A stretch of DNA of 33,580 nt, from contig CANRDH010000001.1 of the NCBI GenBank assembly GCA_947629295.1, forward strand, positions 1-33,580. Direction: 5' to 3'. The notes under the pieces are model-generated. The model was not told the origin of the DNA and did not search any database. It saw nothing but the letters and a program-made list of their open reading frames with translations. This stretch comes from an uncultured Clostridia bacterium. Its GTDB lineage: Bacteria; Bacillota; Clostridia; Oscillospirales; Acutalibacteraceae. Positions 16,073-21,887 of the stretch are shown in pieces. Position numbers and translations under genes: made by a program. Each line of letters opens with the position of its first letter. The first letter of the stretch is position 1.

Positions 16073-17764
16073 ATGATAAACGGATCCGGTTATAAAAACG
16101 CACTGATATCCGGTGCAAACAATATCGCTTCGCATAGGGCTGAGATCAATGCTCTTAATATTTTTCCCGTTCCCGACGGCGATACGGGTACAAATATGTC
16201 AATGACTGTCAGTGCTGCGGTGGAGTCCTTGGAGGAACAAAGTCCGAAAAGTGTTTCCGAGTGTGCGACTGCTGCGGCTTCTGCAATGATAAAGGGCGCA
16301 AGGGGAAATTCGGGAGTTATACTTTCATTGCTTTTTAAGGGTATAGCTAACGGTCTGGGCGACTGTGATGAAATGGATGGAAAGACCTTTGTATCTGCAT
16401 TCCATGTTGGTGTTGAGATGGCATACAAGGCTGTTATGAACCCGACCGAGGGTACGATACTGACCGTTGCAAGAATGGCGTTTGACGCGGGCAGGGCTGC
16501 GGCTGAAATGGATAATGACCCGATAATAGTTCTGGGTGCGATTTGCTCCGCAGCGCATGAGGCGCTTGATAAGACCCCCGAAATGCTGCCGGTGCTTAAA
16601 AAGGCGGGGGTTGTTGACGCGGGCGGTATGGGTCTTTGTATGATACTTGACGGTATGCTTTCACTTCTCCGTGACGGCGTTATGATAGAGGCTGCGGAGG
16701 AAGCGCCGGAGGCGCGGACCAAGGCTGATTTGAATGATGAGTTTTTCAGGAATGCCGCCGCTGAATTTGACGGCGAGATTAAATATACATATTGTACGGA
16801 ATTTATTATAGGAAGACAAAAGGAGCTTTCGAGAAAGCCTGATGAACTTAGGGATTTCCTTGAGGGGATAGGTGATTGTGTAGTTGTTGCCGAGGATGAG
16901 GATATAATAAAGGTACACGTGCATACGGAAAATCCGGGCAAGGCATTGGAGGAAGCGATAGGCTACGGTGAGCTTCTTACAGTCAAGATAGAAAACATGA
17001 AGGAGCAGCACAGAAAGGCTGCCGAGGAGTACGAAAAAGAAAAAGCAGCCGCGGAGGAGGCTCAAAGAAAGCTTGAGGAGCTTAAGCCGGTTGAGCCTGA
17101 ACAGGATGTCGGCTTTGTTGCCGTTGCTGCGGGTGAGGGTCTTGAAAATGTATTCAGGGAACTCGGATGCTGTCATGTAGTCAGCGGGGGTCAAAGCATG
17201 AACCCGAGTACGGACGATATATACCGTGCCGTTATGGCTACTCCGGCAAAAACCGTGTTTGTACTTCCGAATAACAAGAATATAATACTTGCCGCAGAGC
17301 AGGTTGTTCCGCTTGTTACAGACAGGGAGGTCATTGTAATACCTACAAAAACAATTCCGCAGGGTCTTGTGGCTATGCTTTCTTATGCGAAGGACTCTAC
17401 GCCTGAGCTTAATTGTGAATATATGACTGCGTCCATTTCCAATGTGTCAACAGGACAGGTTACCTATGCGGCGAGAAATTCGGAGTACGGACTTATGAGG
17501 ATAAAGGAGGGTGAGATAATCGCCCTGAATAACGGTAAGCTTACCGTTAAGGAAAAGGATCCGGTAAGGGCTGTGGTGAAGCTTGCTAAGGAAATGATAA
17601 GCAAGGATACCTCGTATGTTAGTCTGATATTCGGCAATGGTATTACCGAAGAACAGGCCGGTGCTGCGGTTGACGGAATAAGGGCAAGGACAGGGATAGA
17701 CGCCGATATTTCAATAATAGACGGCGGGCAGCCCGTGTATTACTTTATTCTTTCTGTTGAGTAA
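16073..17764 (+). CDS. yloV: DAK2 domain fusion protein YloV
   Basis: Dak2 motif PVPDGDTGTNMSMT, GARGNSGVILS, an acidic linker, and a C-terminal DegV-like/YloV half. It lies directly upstream of recG as in Bacillus. GAGGA RBS then ATG 16073. Confidence 0.85.
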   Translation: MINGSGYKNALISGANNIASHRAEINALNIFPVPDGDTGTNMSMTVSAAVESLEEQSPKSVSECATAAASAMIKGARGNSGVILSLLFKGIANGLGDCDEMDGKTFVSAFHVGVEMAYKAVMNPTEGTILTVARMAFDAGRAAAEMDNDPIIVLGAICSAAHEALDKTPEMLPVLKKAGVVDAGGMGLCMILDGMLSLLRDGVMIEAAEEAPEARTKADLNDEFFRNAAAEFDGEIKYTYCTEFIIGRQKELSRKPDELRDFLEGIGDCVVVAEDEDIIKVHVHTENPGKALEEAIGYGELLTVKIENMKEQHRKAAEEYEKEKAAAEEAQRKLEELKPVEPEQDVGFVAVAAGEGLENVFRELGCCHVVSGGQSMNPSTDDIYRAVMATPAKTVFVLPNNKNIILAAEQVVPLVTDREVIVIPTKTIPQGLVAMLSYAKDSTPELNCEYMTASISNVSTGQVTYAARNSEYGLMRIKEGEIIALNNGKLTVKEKDPVRAVVKLAKEMISKDTSYVSLIFGNGITEEQAGAAVDGIRARTGIDADISIIDGGQPVYYFILSVE

Positions 17765-17781
17765 AAATAAATAGTGTGAAT

Positions 17782-17827
17782 CACGATAAGATTATGGTGC
17801 GTACACTGTGGTTTTATCGTGTTTTTA
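17782..17827 (+). terminator. Rho-independent terminator after yloV
   Basis: Stem CACGATAA / TTATCGTG (17782-17821) followed by TTTTTAT. Confidence 0.55.
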
Positions 17828-17887
17828 TAGGTGTGGTCAGTTGCCGTATCATTAGCTGAATTTTTTTGAAATCAAGGGAGGTCTGAT

Positions 17888-19933
17888 ATGCCTTCACTTT
17901 TTAATATGCCTTTGGACAGGCTTAAGGGAATAGGCTCGGGCAGGGCAAAGCTGTATAATAAGCTCGGTGTTGCCAGCGTAGGCGAACTGCTGAGGCTTTA
18001 TCCGCGCACATATGAGGATTGGAGCAATCCGTGCAGAATAGCGGAGGCTGCCGAAAATACACCCTGCTGTATAAGAGCATACATAGAAAAGGTATCAAAG
18101 CCTGCAAGAGTACACGGAAATTTGATGATTTTCAAGTTTATTGCAAGCGACGGGTACGATAATATAACGATTACATTTTTTAATCAAAGATATGTTTATG
18201 AAAGGCTTTCCGGCGGGGGAGAATTTCTATTTTACGGAACGGTGAAAAGATTTTTTGATAATTATGAGATGTCCTCGCCTTCAGTGTCCAATATAAACAG
18301 CGCAGGTATACATCCTGTATATCCGCAGACTGCCGGTCTTACAACCAAACAGATAGAATCCGCAGCACGTCAGGCGGAGGCGCTTCTTCCGCCGAAAATG
18401 AACGACCCCATCCCTCCCGGTATATTGGAGGAATACGGCTTATGCTCACTTGATTTTGCGATAAGAAAAATACATTTTCCCGACAGCCTTGATGACGTGG
18501 AAACGGCAAGAAAGAGACTTGCCTTTGAAGAAATGCTCATTTTGCAGCTGGGAATGGCAAGGCTTAAAAGAGGTGGAACAAGGGGGAGATCCGTGTTCAG
18601 GATAACAAAGGAGTACAGCGAAGAATTCAGAGCTCTCCTTCCGTTTTCCCTGACATCGGCACAGGAAAGAGCTATCATGCAGTGTATATCTGATATGAAA
18701 GATTCGGTATATCCGATGAACAGACTTATACAGGGCGATGTCGGCTCGGGAAAGACAGCGGTTGCGGCTGCGGTATGCTATGCCGCAATAAAGAACGGTA
18801 TGCAGTGTGCTTTTATGGCTCCGACAGAAATACTTGCGGTACAGCATTATAAATCGATGAGTGAGCTTATGGGAAACAGCGGCATAAGGCTTGCACTGCT
18901 TACGGGTTCCGTAACAGCGGCAGGGAAAAAAGCAATATATGAGGCTCTTGAAAAGGGTGAAATTGATCTTATTATAGGTACCCATGCTTTGATATCCGAT
19001 AATGTATGCTTTGCTTCACTCGGTCTTGTTATAACAGACGAGCAGCACCGCTTCGGTGTAAAGCAAAGGGCTGCGCTTATTTCAAAGGGAGCAAACCCTC
19101 ATATTATGGTAATGTCTGCAACGCCGATACCTCGGACGCTTGCGCTTATGATATTCGGGGATCTTGATTTATCCGTACTTGACGAGCTGCCGCCGGGCAG
19201 ACAGGCGGTCGAGACATACCTTATTGACAGCGGCAAACGTCAAAGGGCATTCGGATTTTTAAAAAAGGAGATTGATAAGGGCAACAGGTGCTATATTGTA
19301 TGCCCGCTTGTGGAGGAGAGCGAGTCGGAGCTGGAATCTGCGGAGAATTATGTTAAAAAACTGAGAAATACTGTTCTCGGAGGTTTTAGGATAGGACTTT
19401 TACACGGTAAGATGAAGGGCTCGGATAAAGAGTCGGTAATGTCGTCTTTTCAGTCCGGAATGATAGATATACTCGTTTCGACTACCGTTATCGAGGTTGG
19501 AGTAAATGTGCCGGAGGCAACGGTTATGATGATAGAAAATGCCGACCGTTTCGGTCTTTCACAGCTTCACCAGCTTCGCGGACGGGTGGGCAGAGGAAAG
19601 GATAAATCATATTGTATACTTGTTTCTGATAATCAGACCGGAAATACAAAAGAAAGATTGTCCGTTTTGTGCAGAACAAACGACGGTTTCAAAATAGCTG
19701 ACGAGGATTTGAGGCTGAGAGGTCCGGGAGATTTCTTCGGCTCACGGCAGCATGGTTTGCCCGAGCTTAAGATTGCAAGTATGTCGAGCATGGATATGAT
19801 AGACGAAACACAGGCGGCGGCAAGGAAAATCCTTGAGAGCGATCCGGAGCTTACCGCAAAGGAGCACAGGGGGCTTTACTATGAAATACGCCGGCTTTTT
19901 GCAAAGGCCGGAAGTACCGAACAGCTTCAATAA
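17888..19933 (+). CDS. recG: ATP-dependent DNA helicase RecG
   Basis: N-terminal wedge/OB region, Walker A GDVGSGKT, DEQH box TDEQHRFGV, MSATPIPRTL, QLHQLRGRVGRG. Confidence 0.94.
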   Translation: MPSLFNMPLDRLKGIGSGRAKLYNKLGVASVGELLRLYPRTYEDWSNPCRIAEAAENTPCCIRAYIEKVSKPARVHGNLMIFKFIASDGYDNITITFFNQRYVYERLSGGGEFLFYGTVKRFFDNYEMSSPSVSNINSAGIHPVYPQTAGLTTKQIESAARQAEALLPPKMNDPIPPGILEEYGLCSLDFAIRKIHFPDSLDDVETARKRLAFEEMLILQLGMARLKRGGTRGRSVFRITKEYSEEFRALLPFSLTSAQERAIMQCISDMKDSVYPMNRLIQGDVGSGKTAVAAAVCYAAIKNGMQCAFMAPTEILAVQHYKSMSELMGNSGIRLALLTGSVTAAGKKAIYEALEKGEIDLIIGTHALISDNVCFASLGLVITDEQHRFGVKQRAALISKGANPHIMVMSATPIPRTLALMIFGDLDLSVLDELPPGRQAVETYLIDSGKRQRAFGFLKKEIDKGNRCYIVCPLVEESESELESAENYVKKLRNTVLGGFRIGLLHGKMKGSDKESVMSSFQSGMIDILVSTTVIEVGVNVPEATVMMIENADRFGLSQLHQLRGRVGRGKDKSYCILVSDNQTGNTKERLSVLCRTNDGFKIADEDLRLRGPGDFFGSRQHGLPELKIASMSSMDMIDETQAAARKILESDPELTAKEHRGLYYEIRRLFAKAGSTEQLQ

Positions 19934-19955
19934 AAGATTTGGGGGTAAAGCAATA

Positions 19956-20564
19956 ATGCCAGGATCCGAAAAATACTTTGGTATATTACATGAAGGAAAG
20001 CCGGATCTTTTTACGGCGGCTTTTGAAAAATCACGGCTCAGCGACGATGATATAACAAAATTGAATCTGAGCTGAATTATTCACTGCCGCGGGGATACAG
20101 AGAGTTTCCGCAAAGCATCGGGTTTCCCGCTCTTACGGTGTATGTTACATTTTGCGGCGGCAGATGTGCCGCTCGTTTTGTGATACATTTTCCGGGGGAA
20201 GAAAATTGCTATGTTCCTGTTGAAGATGATGAAGATAATGTATTGGCTGATTTTGATTTGTACAGCTATGACGGCGTTGTTTATAGTGATTGGCTGAAAC
20301 AGCTTTCTGTGAAAGTCGGGGATATGACGGCATGGCTTGAGGCAGGCTATATACCGTTCGGTGATTTCTAACGCGGTATCCGGAGAAATATACAGCATAC
20401 ATCATGAGGATATATATACTACGGAGGATTGGGAAAGCCCGGAGGCAGTGTGCGAATGTATGGAAAATGAGGCAAGCGTGCTTTGTCGGGATATTAACGA
20501 TTTTCTCAGGCTTATCTGCACCGGAGAGCCTTATGATGAGGATGATTTGACTTTTTGCGGATAA
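19956..20564 (+). pseudogene. SMI1/KNR4 (SUKH-1) family immunity-type gene disrupted by two compensating frameshifts
   Basis: Three consecutive ORF pieces in frames 0, 2 and 0. They join into ...SDDDITK|IESELNYSLPRGYREFPQSIGFP...LADFDLYSYDGVVYSDWL...AWLEAGYIPFGD|..NAVSGEIYSIHHEDIY...DINDFLRLIC. The breaks fall at the A-run 20057-20060 and the T-rich GATTTCTA at 20363-20370. GGGGG RBS precedes ATG 19956. Confidence 0.65.
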
Positions 20565-20594
20565 TAATATAAAGTGAAAGGCAGGTATAAACCT

Positions 20595-21029
20595 ATGGAA
20601 GAAAAACAAAGCTTTGAAGAATTCAAGAAACAGCTTCTTGAAGAAAATGAAAAAAATTACGGAGATGAGATTCGTGAGGAATACGGAGAGGACGTTTATG
20701 AAACAAGCTCGGATATCCTTGCAAGTCTTACGGAGGAAAAGTGGAGAAGATCCGAGGAACTCAGGATAAAAGCGGAGGATATGCTGCAAAGGCTTGCACC
20801 GCAGGGTGATGCAAAAAGCGACGAGGCGGCGGAGATGGCAAGACTGCACGGAGAATGGGCGAGGATTTTTTGGGAGAGTGAAAATTATTCTCCCGAGGCA
20901 CATCTTGCCGTGGCTGAGATGTACGTAAACGATGAGCGCTTTTCCGCATATTATAATTCGATCGTTGATGGCGGCGCGGAGTTTATATATGAAGCAATAA
21001 AAAATTATTGTGAAAAGTTTATGAAGTAA
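20595..21029 (+). CDS. Stand-alone TipAS antibiotic-recognition domain protein (no MerR HTH)
   Basis: YGDEIREEYGEDV...LTEEKW...AAEMARLHGEWARIFWESENYSPEAHLAVAEMYVNDERFSAYYN...GAEFIYEAIKNY matches the TipAS pattern. The alternative start GTG 20574 cannot be excluded. Confidence 0.65.
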   Translation: MEEKQSFEEFKKQLLEENEKNYGDEIREEYGEDVYETSSDILASLTEEKWRRSEELRIKAEDMLQRLAPQGDAKSDEAAEMARLHGEWARIFWESENYSPEAHLAVAEMYVNDERFSAYYNSIVDGGAEFIYEAIKNYCEKFMK

Positions 21030-21152
21030 CATCTTTATATCCGCTGAATAATATGTATTAGCAGCGAAAACAAGGGAGTTTGAAAATTAAGGGTAAGCCT
21101 TAAGAAACTGCAATGTGTTAGCTGTAAAAATTATAAATGCGGGTGTAGAAAT

Positions 21153-21458
21153 ATGAGTAATCCTTATGATGTATATCCGGAATATCCTTCGGATGAGTGC
21201 GAAGAATGCAAAAAGTTTTCCAAGCATTTTATAGATATAACAACACCTGTCGATATTATGCCGAAGGTTCGCGTGGGTAAGGTAGAGATTGAATGCTGCG
21301 GCGACCCGATAGTAATATGTGACAAAAATAAGAAAGACTGCAATGTCTGCCATTTGGTTTTTGTACAGAAGGTAAGCATAAAGGTTCCGATTAAGTATGA
21401 GTTCAAGGCTGACGTCGGAGAAAGCTGCACAGACTGCTGCGCAGACAAGGATAAATGA
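21153..21458 (+). CDS. Hypothetical small cysteine-rich protein (10 Cys in 101 aa)
   Basis: The ORF is followed immediately by a strong terminator. It has CC pairs (IECCGD, TDCCAD) and a CxxC-like pair (DCNVCH). The RBS is weak and I recognise no family. Confidence 0.5.
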   Translation: MSNPYDVYPEYPSDECEECKKFSKHFIDITTPVDIMPKVRVGKVEIECCGDPIVICDKNKKDCNVCHLVFVQKVSIKVPIKYEFKADVGESCTDCCADKDK

Positions 21459-21467
21459 TTTGCAGCG

Positions 21468-21494
21468 GGGATACGGGAAAACCGTATCCCTTTT
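21468..21494 (+). terminator. Rho-independent terminator after the small Cys-rich ORF
   Basis: 9-bp stem GGGATACGG / CCGTATCCC with loop GAAAA, followed by TTTTCCTGTTTT. Confidence 0.8.
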
Positions 21495-21568
21495 CCTGTT
21501 TTGTGATGGTATAAAAAAACGGGTATTATTTTTGTATAAAATATCGTATTAAATAAGCAATAAAAATA

Positions 21569-21597
21569 TTGATTTTTTAATATAATTTTAGTATAAT
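21569..21597 (+). promoter_or_regulatory. Near-consensus sigma-A promoter about 290 nt upstream of the LRR gene
   Basis: TTGATT (21569-21574), 17-nt spacer, TATAAT (21592-21597). Confidence 0.5.
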
Positions 21598-21759
21598 CTT
21601 TATAGGAGAATTTCATATCCCCATTTCTGCTGCGGAATGTCGGAGATGTTTTGTAAAATGCCTGCGGGCAGATTTCGGAACATCTTATTTTATTCCTAAT
21701 TTTTTGTATATTTATTTTGCAGAGATTAAATAAAATATATAAAAAAATCGTAACAACTC

Positions 21760-21788
21760 TTGAAATTTCATTAAATATTTTGTATATT
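21760..21788 (+). promoter_or_regulatory. Second promoter-like element upstream of the LRR gene
   Basis: TTGAAA (21760-21765), 17-nt spacer, TATATT (21783-21788). Confidence 0.4.
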
Positions 21789-21887
21789 TATATATGTAGA
21801 GTTTATTTTTATTTACAGGAAGGGATTTTGAAGATATGAAATGTTGTTTCTCGATTTTTGAAATTCCACATAAGGCGGTGAGATTGG

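Noticed and set aside
16090-16941. 283-aa Ser/Ala/Pro-rich minus-strand ORF antisense to yloV
   Set aside because: The composition is what reverse translation of a GC-richer Ala/Gly-rich gene would give. The sense gene has the Dak2 motif. Spurious.
20145-21032. 295-aa minus-strand ORF spanning the SUKH pseudogene and the TipAS gene
   Set aside because: It overlaps two plus-strand reading frames with recognisable family patterns. The product is a hydrophobic/basic mix without motifs. Spurious.
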